Shown in pieces: positions 42,033 to 60,242 of a stretch of 64,000 bases of DNA. Made by a program: the position numbers and the translations under genes. The stretch is taken from assembly GCF_009914755.1 (NCBI RefSeq), contig NC_060938.1; one strand, 5' to 3'. Source of the stretch: the human T2T-CHM13v2.0 reference genome, Homo sapiens. The notes below the pieces were generated by a model that saw only the letters and a list, made by a program, of their open reading frames with translations, ran no database searches and was not told the DNA's origin. Position 1 is the first letter of the stretch; every line of letters starts with the position of its first letter.

Positions 42033-43333
42033 TGAACAATTATCACCTCCATGGAAAAATGTTTTATTTAGCATCAAATAATCTTTGATGTTGCACTAAG
42101 TGTCATATACCATGCAGGTTGGTCAAACTTGAATGATTTCTCCTGAGTAATTTGCTATCATACGAGGTTATTTTCATTTAAAAATAATTTAATGAATGAA
42201 AAAACTAAAAAATAATTTAATGAATGAGTATACAAACATATTAGATTAAGTATTTATATTTATTTTATTTATTTATTTATTTCTGAGATGGAGTCTTGCT
42301 CTGTCGCCCAGGCTGGAGTGCAGTGGTGCAATCTCTGCTCACTGCAAGCTCTGCATCCCGGGTTCATGCCATTCTCCTGCCTCAGCCTCCTGAGTAGCTG
42401 GGACTATAGGCGCCCCCACCACGCTCAGCTAATTTTTTTGTATTTTTAGTAGAGACGGGGTTTCACCGTGTTACCCAGGATGGTCTTGATCTCCTGACCT
42501 TGTGATCCGCCCACGTCAGCCTCCCAAAGTGCTGGGATTACAGGCGTGAGTCACTGCGCTCGGCCAAGTATTTATATTTATTATGCATTTTTTTTTTTAA
42601 GAGACAGAATCTCATTCTGTTGCCCAGGCTGGAGTGCAGTGGTGCAAACACAGCTCACTGCAGCCTCGCCCTCCTGGGCTCAAGTGATCCTCACACCTCA
42701 GTCTGTCAAGCAGCTGAGACAACAGGCACACACATCACACCAGGCTAATTTTTAAAATTTTTTGTAGAGGTGGGTTTTGCCATGTTGCCTAGGCTGGTGT
42801 TGAACTCCTGGGCTCAATCGATCTTCCTACCTCTTGGCCTACCAAAGTTCTGGGATTACAGGTTTGAGCCACAGTGCCTGGCTTTTTTTTTTTTTTTTTT
42901 TCTTTTTTTGAGACAAAGTCTTACTCTGGCACCTAGGGTGGAATGTAGTGATGAGATCATAGCTAGCTGCAACTTGGAATTCCTGGGTTTAAGCGATCCT
43001 CCTGCCTCAGCCTCATGAGTAGCTGCTGGGACTGCAGGTGTGTGCCACCACACCTGGCTATTTTTTTTCTTTTTGTTTTTTTTTTTGGTTGTTGTTTGTT
43101 TTTTGTAGAGATAGGGGTCTCCTATGTTGCCCAGGCTGGTCTGAAACTTCTGGCCTCAAGTGATCCTCCTGTCTCGCCTCCCTAAGTGCTGGAATTATGA
43201 GTGTGAGCCACTGCACCTGGCCTATATTTATCATGCTTGAATGAAACAATATATACTATGTATTTTTTTTTGATAAGATGGAGATGAGAAGAATTGACAC
43301 TTCCTTCTAGTGAAGTCTAGAAAATGATTCTCA

Positions 43334-43796
<463 letters not shown>

Positions 43797-45279
43797 TTAT
43801 TAGTTACTTAACCTGACTTAGAACTTAACTAGCTTAACTTCGGTTTCCTCATTCGTAAAATGGTAATAATAATAATAGGGCTGTTTTGAAAATTAAATCA
43901 TGTAGGCAAAAAATCATATAAGGCATTATCCAACTCAAACTACGCATTATGTAAATGATAGTAATCCTTGGTGTTAGAGAAAATTTAGAAGAAGAGGATA
44001 AACTGGATAGAAATGTACCTATAAATCCTCTACTCATCTCTTGAATTTTTGGGAACTCATTTTGGCGAGAAAAATCACACTTGTTACAAGGAGTTCACAG
44101 ACCCTAGAATCAAGAGAGCTAAAACTAATTAATACACATACATATATTTAAAATTTTTGAGACAAGGTATCAGTCTGTCACCCAGGCTGGAGTGCAGTGG
44201 TGTGATCAAGGCTCGCTGCAGCCTACTGAGCAGCTGAGAGACTACCAGCAAGCACCACCACACCTAGCTAATTTCATTTTATTTTTTATTTTTTGAAGAA
44301 ATGCGGTTTCACCACGTTGCCCAGGCTGGTCTCGAACTCCTGACTCAAGCAATCCACCTGCCTCTGCCTCCCAAAGGTCTGAGATTACAGGCGTGAGCCA
44401 CTGCGTCCAGCCCCAAAACTAATTTAATATTGCAGGGCTTCTTTTCTATTTTGAAAGTGTTTCTTTTAAATCAAGTTCTAGATTACCTTTATTTTATACT
44501 ACTACTTTTTGTCTATTTGAGCATTTTATTTTTCATCATTTGGTTTAAGTCATTACAAAAGGCATTGAAGGTCTGTCTACCTGTCCATGACAGATAAAAG
44601 AGATTAGCTCCTGTCTGAAAATGTTTGCAAAGTAGTGTAATTCTCCTAGTCCTTCCTGAAGCTTTCCCAAAGAAGCAAAAATATTCAGACATAAAGCTAC
44701 CAGGAACTCCAACCTGTTTGATCACTATTCCCTTGCTCACCAACCTAGTCATCTTTCAGCTACTCCATGCATGACTTGTGCTGAGCTATTAGCTCCCACA
44801 TGAATACAAGCAATTCTTATACCTGCCTAATTCAGATGATCTTTCTTAGGGTTTGAAGTCCCTGGGGATCCGAAGCTGTCCTAGGTATACACTTCTCTCA
44901 ACCCAGTCCAGCACAAAAGGAGACGACTAACGATGAATGAAATTGAGAAATCAGCCCACACTGGTAATCTTGGAGGAATTTGGTATTCTTCGTGAAATAA
45001 AAGAGGCGCAAAGGGGCCCTGGATTAGGGTCCGGAGAGAGGGGTTTTATCCCAGCACTGCCCCTAACCAGCTGAAAGGTAGGTGGTCCAATCACATCAGC
45101 TCTCCGAGACTCAGTTTCCCCATCTATAAAACAAGGAGTAGGCTTGACGGTCCCTGTCTCACTATAATTTCCCAATCGAGGTTCAGGGAGAAATCCACAA
45201 AACTAATAAAACTTCTTCACGGACTGCTAAATGTGAACTCACTGGTCAAGGCTGCAAGATTTGCTCTTTGGGTCAAGGC

Positions 45280-45730
45280 AGTAGGGGCGGCCACAAGGAA
45301 CCAATCTCAGTTAAGTTATTAATGCACTTTGCCCAGACTAGTAACTCTCCCCTGACGTTCCGCATTTCCCTTGCTTCTCCCGGAAACGTGGGGCGCCCAG
45401 GAATCCTAAACTTCCAATCCCTAAGCTTCCAAACCCCGCCCCTGGGAGGGGAGGGGGCGCGGAGCCGGGCCTAGTCGCGCGCCTGCGTACTGCGGTCAGA
45501 GGGCCGAGGCCTGGGGGCGAGCTGGGGTCGTGCAGTACAGCCTCTTTCCGGCAAATCACGCGAGATTTCGTTCACCCGGGCTCCACAGGGTCAGTGACGC
45601 GCGAGCGGCTCCCGCGACTGTGGCTCCCGAAGCTGCTTCGGGCCCCAGCGGTGAGGGAGAAGACTCTCAACCAGGGTGACTTCTAGGCGTCCTCCCGGAG
45701 CTACCGGGGACACTGGCGTTATTGCCCGGA
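45280..45730 (+). promoter_or_regulatory. PTGR2: CpG-island, TATA-less promoter of PTGR2
   Basis: Non-Alu CpG-rich tract. CCAAT at 45301 and 45414, ETS-like CCGGAAA at ~45380, GC box CCCCGCCCC at 45434-45442, NRF1-like GCGCCTGCGT at 45479-45488, BANP/CGCG-like TCACGCGAGA at 45556-45565. Confidence 0.88.
45500..45650 (+). other. PTGR2: PTGR2 non-coding first exon (start approximate; best donor CAGCG|GTGAGG at 45650/45651)
   Basis: Lies in the only CpG island upstream of exon 2. Donor-like sites after 45589, 45650 and 45675. The TSS cannot be fixed from sequence alone. Confidence 0.7.
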
Positions 45731-45893
45731 ACACTGAGATAGGGAATGCTCGAGAAACAGAAGCAGGTTTTGGGGTTTTTTTTGAATTACTGGGGGAAAG
45801 CAACCTGAGGTTTTGACGTAATTGTGTTTGAGGTGCCTCTGAAACTTTCATTTAACACAGATTTGTTGAGCACGTACCATGCGCCGGGCATAG

Positions 45894-46102
<209 letters not shown>

Positions 46103-46375
46103 TAGCCAGGATGGTCTTGATCTCCTGACCTCGTGATCTGCCTGCCTCGGCCTCTCAGAGTGCTGGGATTACAGGCGTGAGCCATCGCGCCCGGCCTGGA
46201 TTCACATCATTGAACAAAGCAGACGAGTCCTTATCCTCTTAGCGCTGACGAGCTGGGCAGTTAGTTTGAAATTCTGGGCTAGAGACGCAAATTATTATTA
46301 ATTTCCATATAAAGTGGTTGGTAGGAGGAGCCACAGGGCTCAGGGAGGTCACTGAGAAAGGGAAGAGCAAGATAG

Positions 46376-46747
<372 letters not shown>

Positions 46748-46845
46748 TGAGCCACGGCTCTGGGCCCAGAAAGATACGTTTTATAACAAGGCGTGGTCAA
46801 CAGGGTTGCTAGTGGCAGAATAATCGCACGAAATAAGGGTATTAA

Positions 46846-47205
<360 letters not shown>

Positions 47206-47768
47206 TGATCTGCCCACCTCAGCTTCCCAAAGTGCTGGGATTACAGGCCTGAGCCACCATACCCGGCCCCTTTTCTCATCTATAAAATTGAGAGGATGAT
47301 ATTACCAACCTCACAGTTTTTTTGGGGTGAGGGTGGGGGAGGTGGTTTAAACAGGCTAGTGAATGAGTCTGTGCTCAGTTCCTGGCATTTAGGAATATTA
47401 AGGAAACAGGTTGAGAGAAGGGACTTTTTCCCAAGTTCCCACCTGGTTAGAACTAGGAGAAGTACTCTGTTCTTCCTACTTAAATGACCTTTCCCTTTTA
47501 CCAGGCTGCAAGGTAAACACTCAACACACTCTATCATCACATCGGAGCAAATTCGTCTGTTATTATTTTGGAATATTAGCACCAAGTAGGAATAGTATCC
47601 CAGGCAAATAGGATTTGCTGAGTTTTTTTCCCCTACTTGGGATGAATTTAACAATCTACCCTTCTTTCAGATCTTGGAACTTGATGTGTCTTATTTTAGC
47701 TGTTAATTTTATGACTAAATCTAGGTATCTATATTTTATTTATTTTTATTATTTATTTATTTTTTTGA

Positions 47769-47975
<207 letters not shown>

Positions 47976-48960
47976 TGACCTCAAGTGATCCACCTGCCTC
48001 AGCCTCCCAAAGTGCTAGGATTACAGGTGTGAGCCACCGTGCCCAGCCAAGTTATCTATATTTGAAATGTGTGTTTTTTTGGTACTATTGAGGGATATCA
48101 CACAATTATCCTATATTAATTGTAGTATTTGACACTTGAAAAGTTTCTAATTTAATGCAGAGTGAGAGAACTTTAATAGTATATTTTTCATGCTGATAAG
48201 CAGTGTTTGGACAAATCTATAATATACATATTAATATGTTAAACAAATAAAGCATACCATTGACAGTAATTAGAGGGCAAATATGATATTTCATTTGGAA
48301 AGACTGCTTTGAAAATTTAGCCATTATGGTTCTATTACTACTTAAGGACTTTTAGACCCACTTAATTTGGAAAACTTTGGCTTTTTAATCCTTATATAAT
48401 TGACACATATGGTGATTCTGTAGAAAGTTTCCTTTTTAAAACATATGTAGCCCTACATGACATTATGGACCTCTTGGTGTGATGAATGGATGTGGCACCA
48501 CCCTTAAAGATTCTTGCCTGAAAAATTGAACCTGAAGTAATCAAGCCTCTAGATGTAACTAGCAGTCATGGATAAGGGGAGGAGATAGAAGAAACATTTC
48601 CTTCTTTCTTTAAAAGCTAGTCATTTACCTTGTGATGGTAAATGACACCATGAGGAAGCAATCAAAGAACATTCTACAAGCAAAGTAATGAAGAAACAAA
48701 TCAAGGGCATGAAATAAATGGAAGGGAGACTCAAACTGTAGTATGTGGACCTTGAATCCTGATTTTAATGAACCAACTGTAAAAAGACATCTTTGAAACA
48801 TTTTTGAAACCAACTGTAAAAAGATATCTTTGAACATCCTGAAACGTCAGGAAATTTGAATATGCACTAGGTATTAGATGATGATAAGGAATTGCCAGTA
48901 CTACTATTAGGTGTAATAATGGCATAGTGTTTATGTTTAAATCTGTGATGGCTGGGTTAT

Positions 48961-50466
<1,506 letters not shown>

Positions 50467-50614
50467 TACAAAGCACTCACAAGAGTGCTTGGCACATAGT
50501 AACACTAAGGGCTTGATTTTCTAATTTTCACTGGTGGATAAAGTAAGCAAAGTGATTTTCAGCAAGTCAGATAGTGCTAGTACTGGAAGTTCTTTTGCTT
50601 TCTTCATTAGCTCA

Positions 50615-50830
<216 letters not shown>

Positions 50831-50871
50831 TTAAATTCCTTGATATATTACTTTTATTGTCAGCTAAACTA

Positions 50872-51293
<422 letters not shown>

Positions 51294-51301
51294 TCAATTA
51301 A

Positions 51302-51496
<195 letters not shown>

Positions 51497-51714
51497 TAGT
51501 AGAGACGGGGTTTCACCATGTTAGGCAGGATGGTCTTGAACTCTTGACCTTGTGATCCACCCGCCTCGGCCTCCCAAAGTGTTGGGATTACAGGCGTGAG
51601 CCACCGCGCCCAGCTGCAGTTAGCGTTTTTATTTTGCCACTAGATTAACTGCTAGCTCTGGAGGAATATATCATGTTGTTTGTTTTATGTTTTTTTCTTG
51701 TCTTTATTTAAAAA

Positions 51715-51812
51715 CAAGTGCAGTATTGAGAAGGGAAAAGAGTAGAACAAAGGGTTTGGCCTGTAACTGACTGAACAATCAGGTGATATAACTCACTACC
51801 TTTGGACCAGCC
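51715..51812 (-). pseudogene. Y RNA (hY1/RNY1) retro-pseudogene in PTGR2 intron 1
   Basis: Reverse complement GGCTGGTCCAAAGGTAGTGAGTTATATCACCTGATTGTTCAGTCAGTTACAG...CTACTCTTTTCCCTTCTCAATACTGCACTTG matches hY1. A-rich tail to ~51682. Flanking repeats tcatgttgttt and ttgtgttgttt. Confidence 0.92.
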
Positions 51813-51918
51813 TTGTGTTGTTTTCTTTTAATCGAGCCATAGGAGGCTTAATCATGATGGTGTGCTTGAAGATGAATGAGCTTGAATTATCTGAGACCAA
51901 AAACATTTTGCCCCACTA

Positions 51919-52221
<303 letters not shown>

Positions 52222-52509
52222 AAACATTTTGCCCCACTTAATCTTCAATGAACTTGTTCCTATTAGTTAAAAATTCTAACTAGATTTAGTCTTTCTTCAT
52301 ATATTTGCTTTAGGAGGCAAACTCTGACAGGCGAGTTTATCTTTTTGGATCCTAAATGTGATTTTTCTCCCTCTTCATTGGGAAACACAAATGGACTTCT
52401 TTTTTATTTTTAAATTGTTGAATACTTCAAATCTTGTGATTTAAAAATTTTTTTATTTATAGGAGTATTTTATACAGAAATCTTGTGAAACCACTGCCCA
52501 ACCAGAGCA

Positions 52510-52546
52510 ATGATTGTTCAAAGAGTGGTATTGAATTCTCGACCTG
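52510..52546 (+). CDS. PTGR2: PTGR2 first coding segment (exon 2, whole exon 52463-52546): MIVQRVVLNSRP-G
   Basis: Acceptor ttttatttatAG|g at 52462/52463. ATG at 52510 with a purine at -3. Translation matches the recognised PTGR2 N-terminus. Phase-1 donor G|GTATGT at 52546/52547. Confidence 0.97.
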
Positions 52547-53141
52547 GTATGTATTTGCGATGAATGAACAACTCTGATCTTTGATAAGTATTAATGCAAA
52601 TGGAGGAATAAAAACTAATGTGATGTTCATGTGGTAAATTAAGGTAGTAAGATATTGACACTAGTAAAGATATTAGAAGAAACTCTTTAAACGATGTAAT
52701 AATTTTCAAGTGTTAGCTTATCAAGACCATTTTTAAACAGTGTGCTAGTTTTTCAAGTGATAACTTATCCAGGCATTTGTTGATGAAATAAGGTATTTTG
52801 GAATCATAATGTCTGAAAGGTTACATTACAAATATATGTGGCTTTTGTTTCTTTAGAGTATGTTATTATTGGTCCTTAAAATTTGCTTTTCTTTTTTATG
52901 TGAAATGTACTAACATATCAGTGCTGACATGTAAACTGCATCATAAAAACAGATATGGAAAGAACCTGAGAGATTTGGGTCACTGCTGCCCACTTGAGGA
53001 AGTCACTTAACTTTTCTGAACTCAATTTTAGTAAAATGAGCAGTTAGATTAAGATCTTTATGTACTATTCCCACCTTATAAATTTAACAATTCTATGAAG
53101 AGTAAATTTGCATTAAACATATCTGAATATGAGTACCTTCT

Positions 53142-53360
53142 AGTGGTAACCTTTCCTTCTTACAAATTTTTCTCATACCTCAAATTTTTCTAATTTCCTA
53201 CTTCCTATTTTTTCAGACTTCATTATTATTACTTTTATATTCGTTTAAGTTTCTATAATGATGACCTTTCCTTACAAATTTTTCTCATGCCTCAAATTTT
53301 TTAATTTTCCACTTTTTCAGACTTTATTATTATTACTTTTATATTCATTTAAGTTTCTAT
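53142..53360. repeat. Diverged ~110-bp tandem duplication in PTGR2 intron 2
   Basis: Copies at 53142-53256 and 53257-53360 share ACCTTTCCTT, TACAAATTTTTCTCAT.CCTCAAATTTTT, TTTTCAGACTT and ATTATTACTTTTATATTC.TTTAAGTTTCTAT. Confidence 0.9.
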
Positions 53361-53457
53361 TTGCTTCTTAAAATAAGGAAGGAAAGTTTAGCCGCGCTCC
53401 ATCCTGGGTGACAGAGTAAGACCTTGTCTCTAAAAAAAAAAAAGAAATACATACTGA

Positions 53458-53775
<318 letters not shown>

Positions 53776-53810
53776 TGAGCCACCACGCCTGGCCCCTTGT
53801 GCCTGTTTTA

Positions 53811-54323
<513 letters not shown>

Positions 54324-54557
54324 TAACTTGGTGAAAAATAACTTTATTTTATTATTTTTCATGTTGTATCTGAATCTTATTGTGCAGTCCCTTATAGATT
54401 GGTAAATATTTGAGCAGTTATATATTGATACCTTTTAATTATAGATTGCCTTTGTTTTTATTCACTAGTGTAATTAAGGAATGTTGTAGAGGGAACAGAT
54501 AATAGTAGTACATGTATGTGATTCAGGTGCTTTCAAATGTTCAGATTACTTCCCAGT

Positions 54558-54641
54558 AGTAAATAAAGCTTGAAGATAGTAAAACAGGATTGCAAATTCA
54601 GTAAATAAAGCTTTAAGATAGTAAAATAAGATTGCAAATTC
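54558..54641. repeat. 42-bp tandem duplication in PTGR2 intron 3
   Basis: agtaaataaagctt(g/t)aagatagtaaaa(c/t)a(g/a)gattgcaaattc x2. Confidence 0.92.
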
Positions 54642-55229
54642 TTTCAGATCCACTTTATAAGAGAGGCTATGTATGAGATCTTTATTTATTTCTAGTTGAC
54701 CTCCTTTTCTTTTCTTTTTCTTTTTTTTAAGCGATGAGGTCTCGCTGTGTTGCCCAGGCTGGTCTCAATTTTGCTGGGCTCAGGCAATCCTCTGACTTTG
54801 GCCTCCTTGAAGTGCTGGCATTACAGGCATGAGCCACTGTGCTTAGCCCTGTAGTTGATCTCTTTTTGAAAGGAACAGACTCACTTATGCTACTTCTAGA
54901 TAAATAAGATTTAGTGAAAACGTATACATTGCTGAAGACTGCAGATAAGAAGCCATTAGGCACAGGGACTTTGGCTCTACGAGCTGGCGTCTTGCTTTAC
55001 TTCTCCCAGAGGTCATACAGTCTTTTCTTTACTTCTAACTTTTTCCTATGGCCATGACAAGCATAACTCTTTATGTCAATTTACCCCCTGCTATTAAGAG
55101 GCTCAGCTGGGCATGGTGGCTCTTGCCTGTAATCCTAGCATTTTTGGAGGCCAAGGCAGGATTGCTTGAGCCCAGGAGTTCAAGACCAGCCTGGACAAGA
55201 GAGTGAGACCCAGTCTCAACAAAAAATTA

Positions 55230-55409
<180 letters not shown>

Positions 55410-55508
55410 TCAGATTGGTGCAGTAGGGAAATTGGCCCCATGTGTCTGTTTTGTTAACTGTTTCATAGGTTGCTGAACGACTGTATGAGTTTCCTGTTGC
55501 TGTTTTGA

Positions 55509-55778
<270 letters not shown>

Positions 55779-55841
55779 TGATTATCTTTTTCATTATTGA
55801 AGACATTTTTAAAAAATGAGCAACTTTATTATTTTTATTAA

Positions 55842-56154
<313 letters not shown>

Positions 56155-56380
56155 TATTTTTATCAACATTCTAAATAGTTGAAACAGAAGTATATAAAGT
56201 AGGAAGTGAAAGAGTGCCCGTACAAAGGATCGCTTATTGATCTGCTGTCTAGGTAACAGCAATGTACCAATGTTAATGTCCTGCTTTTGATATTATATTG
56301 CAGCTATTAAAGACGTCACTACTGCGGCAAGCTGAGTGAAGGACTGTGGACTTCATTTTATTAATTTTTAACTTTTTTGA

Positions 56381-56635
<255 letters not shown>

Positions 56636-58647
56636 TGAGCCACTACATCTGTCTCCATATACTTAAAAAATTTAACAGTTTTATTATATTCACACACTAT
56701 ACAATTTACTCACTTAAAGAGTACAACTAAATTATTTTTAGTATATTCACGGAATTCTGCAACTGTCATTACAATCAGTTTTACAACATTTTCATCCCCA
56801 GAAGAAACCCTGAACCTATGGTATAATTAGCAATCATTCCCCATTTCCCCTCCTCACCCCACCCTCTGCTGTATACAACCAGTAATCTACTTTTTGTTCC
56901 TATAGATTTGCCTATTCTGGCCATTTCATATAAATAAAAACATACAATATGTTATTCTTTTTTGTTGTTTTTAAGAGACAGAGTCTTGCACTGTTGCCCA
57001 GGCTGGAATGCAGTGGGGCAATCATAGCTCACGGCTGCCTTGACCTTCTGGGCTCAAGCAATCCTCTCACCTCAGCTGAGAGCTCTTGAGTAGCTGAGAC
57101 CATAGGTGTGTGCCACCATGCCCGGCTAATTAAAATTTTTTAAAAAAACATTTTAAAATTGTTTATTTATGAATCATTGCAAAGAATAAACTGTTATTTA
57201 TTTATTTATTTAGAGATGAGTTCTGTTTTATCTTTTGTCATTTATACTCTCATACTTTCAGGCTCTCTTTTTTTTTTTTTGGCAGACAGTTTCACTCTAT
57301 CCCCCAGGCTGGAGTGCAGGGGCTCAATCTCAGCTCATTGCAACCTCCACCTCCTGGATTCAAGAGATTCTCATGCCTCAACCTCCCGAGTAGCTGGGAT
57401 TAACAGGCGTGCACCACCACACCCAGCTAATTTTTGTATTTTTAGTAGAGATGGGGTTTCACCATGTTGGCCAGGCTGGTCTCAAGCTCCTGACCTCAGG
57501 TGATCCACCCGCATCAGCCTCTCAAAGTGCTAGGATTACAGGTGTGAGCCATCACACCTGGCCGACTCATATCTAAGAAGGCTTTTCCCCACCCAAGGTC
57601 ACCTCTTGCTATGAGACAGCCCAAGCTGGTCTTGAATTCCAGGGATCCTCCTGCCTCAGCCTCCTGAGTAGCTGGGGTTGTAGGTGGGAGCTACTGTGCC
57701 TGGCATAATATATGACCTTTTGTGTCTGGCTTCTTTCATTTAGTATGTGTTTACAAGGCTCATCATGTTGTAGTTTATACTTCTTTTTATTGCTGAATAA
57801 TGTTACATTGTATGGATACAGTATCTTATCTGTTCATCAGATGATGGACATGTGGGTTGTTTACACAACTTGGCTATTAGCAATACTTCTGCTATGAACA
57901 TTTGTGTATATGTTTTTGTGTGGACTGTGTTTTTGTTTCTCTTGGGTATATACATAAGAGTAAAATTACTAGGTCATACAGTAAGTATATGTTTAACCTT
58001 TTGAGGAACTACCGAACTATTTTCCAAAGTGGCTTTACCATTTTCCAATCCCACCATCAGTGTGTGAAGGTTCCAGTTTTCCACATCCTCACTAACACTT
58101 GTTATTATCTGTCTTTTTGGTTATAGCCATTCTAGTTGGTGTAAAGTGATATCTCCTTGTGGTTTTCTTTTGTATTTCCTTATGGCTAATAATGTTGAGC
58201 ATGTTTTTAATGTGCTTATTGGTCATTTGCATGTCTTTTTTGGAGACATGTCTATTCAGATTTCTTGTGCATTTTAAAAGTTGGATTATCTGTGTTTTTA
58301 TTACTGAGTTGTAAGAGTTGTTTATATATTCTTGATATAAGCTTCTTGCTGGATGTATGATCTATAAATATTTTCTTCTATGCTGTAGGTTGTCTTTTTA
58401 TTCTCTTGATAGTATCCATTGAAGCACAAAAGTTTTTAATTTTGATAAAGTCCGATTTATCTCTTTTTTTGTTTGTCACGTATACTTTCAATACTTTCAG
58501 ACTCATATCTAAGAAGGCTTTGCCTCACTTAAGGTCATGAAGATTTAGTCGTATATTTTCTGCTAAGAGTTTTATAGTTTTGCTCTAACATTTAAGTCAG
58601 TAACACATTTTGGGTTAAACTCTATGTATGCGTATGAGGAAGGGGTC

Positions 58648-59231
58648 TGTATTAATCAAGATTCTTTAGAGAGACAGAAACACAAACACACACATAGGCA
58701 TGCACCCACAGACATGCACACACATATATATGAGAGGGGACTTATAAGAGGAATTGGCTCACAAGATTATGGAAGCTGAGAGTTCCCATGATAGGCTGTC
58801 TACAAACTGGAGAACCAGAGAAGCTGGTAGCATGGCTCAATCCAAGCTGGAAGGCCCGACAACCAAGGAAGCCATTGGTATACTTGTCAGTCCCAAGGCC
58901 TGAGAGCCCAGGAAGCCATGGGTGCAGTCTCAGAGTACAAAGGCTGAAGAACCTGGAGTTCTTATGTCAGAGGGCAGGAGAAGAAGGGTGTCCTGCTTTG
59001 CAGGAGAGAGAGAGAATTTGTCCTTCACCTGCTTTTTTGTTCCATCTGGGCTCCTTGTTGAATGGATGGTGCCCACCCACATTGAGGGCAGATCTTCACC
59101 ACATAGTCCACAGACTCACCTGCTAGTTACCTCTGAAAACACCCTCAAGGACATATCCAGAAACAATGCTTCACAAGCCATCTAGGCATTCCTCTATCCA
59201 GTCAAGTTGACGCCTAAAATTATCCATCACA
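58648..59231 (-). mobile_element. MLT2 (MLT2B-type) ERVL solo LTR
   Basis: TG...CA termini; GGAATTGGCTCACAAGATTATGGAAGCTGAG and CCAGTCAAGTTGACGCCTAAAATTATCCATCACA. Confidence 0.85.
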
Positions 59232-59626
59232 GGGCCCAACTCATTCTTTTTTACAATCTCAAACTCCCTGGGCTCAAGTGATTCTCCTGTCTCAGACTCC
59301 CAAGTAACTGGGACGATAGGTGCAAGCCACCACACCTGACCTAACTTCACTCTTTTGCAAGTGAATATACAGTCGTGTCAGCACTTTTTTTTTTTTTAAG
59401 AGAGACCAGAAATATTTGACCATGAAGGGACATGAACCAGCACTGTTTGTTGAAAAGATAATTCTTTCCTCATTGGTTTGTCTTAGTACTCTTGTTGAAA
59501 ACCAACTGACCATAAATATGAGGGTTTATTTCTGGACTTTCAACTCTATTCTAGCAATCTGTATATCTGTCATGCTAGTACCTCGCTCTCTTAATTACTG
59601 TAGCTTTGTAATAAGTTTTGAAATGA

Positions 59627-59773
<147 letters not shown>

Positions 59774-60242
59774 TGAGTAGCTGGGACTACAGGCACCCAC
59801 CACCACACCTGGCTAATATTTTGTATTTTTAGCAGAGACGGGGTTTCACCATATTGGCCAGGTGGGTCTTGAACTCCTGACCTTCAGGTGATCCACCCAC
59901 CTCGGCCTCCGAAAGTGCTGGGATTACAGGCATGAGCTACTATGCCTGAACAATTTTTTGTATTTTAGTAGAGACAGGGTTTCACCATGTTGGCCAGGAT
60001 GGTCTTGATCTCCTAACCTTGTGATCCTCCCGCCTCAGCCTCCCAAAGTGCTGGGATTACAGGTGTGAGCCACCCCACCTGGCCTGTTTTTCTTTTTTAA
60101 GATTGTTTTGGCTCTTCTGGGTCCCATGAATTTTCATATGAACTTTAGAACCAGCTTGTCAGTTTCTGCACAGAAGATTTTGATAGGGATTTTGATAGGG
60201 ATTGCTTTGAGTCTGTAGATCAATTTGGGGAGTATTGTCTTC

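Noticed and set aside
58788-59185. 112-aa and 87-aa ORFs
   Set aside because: Entirely inside an MLT2 LTR.
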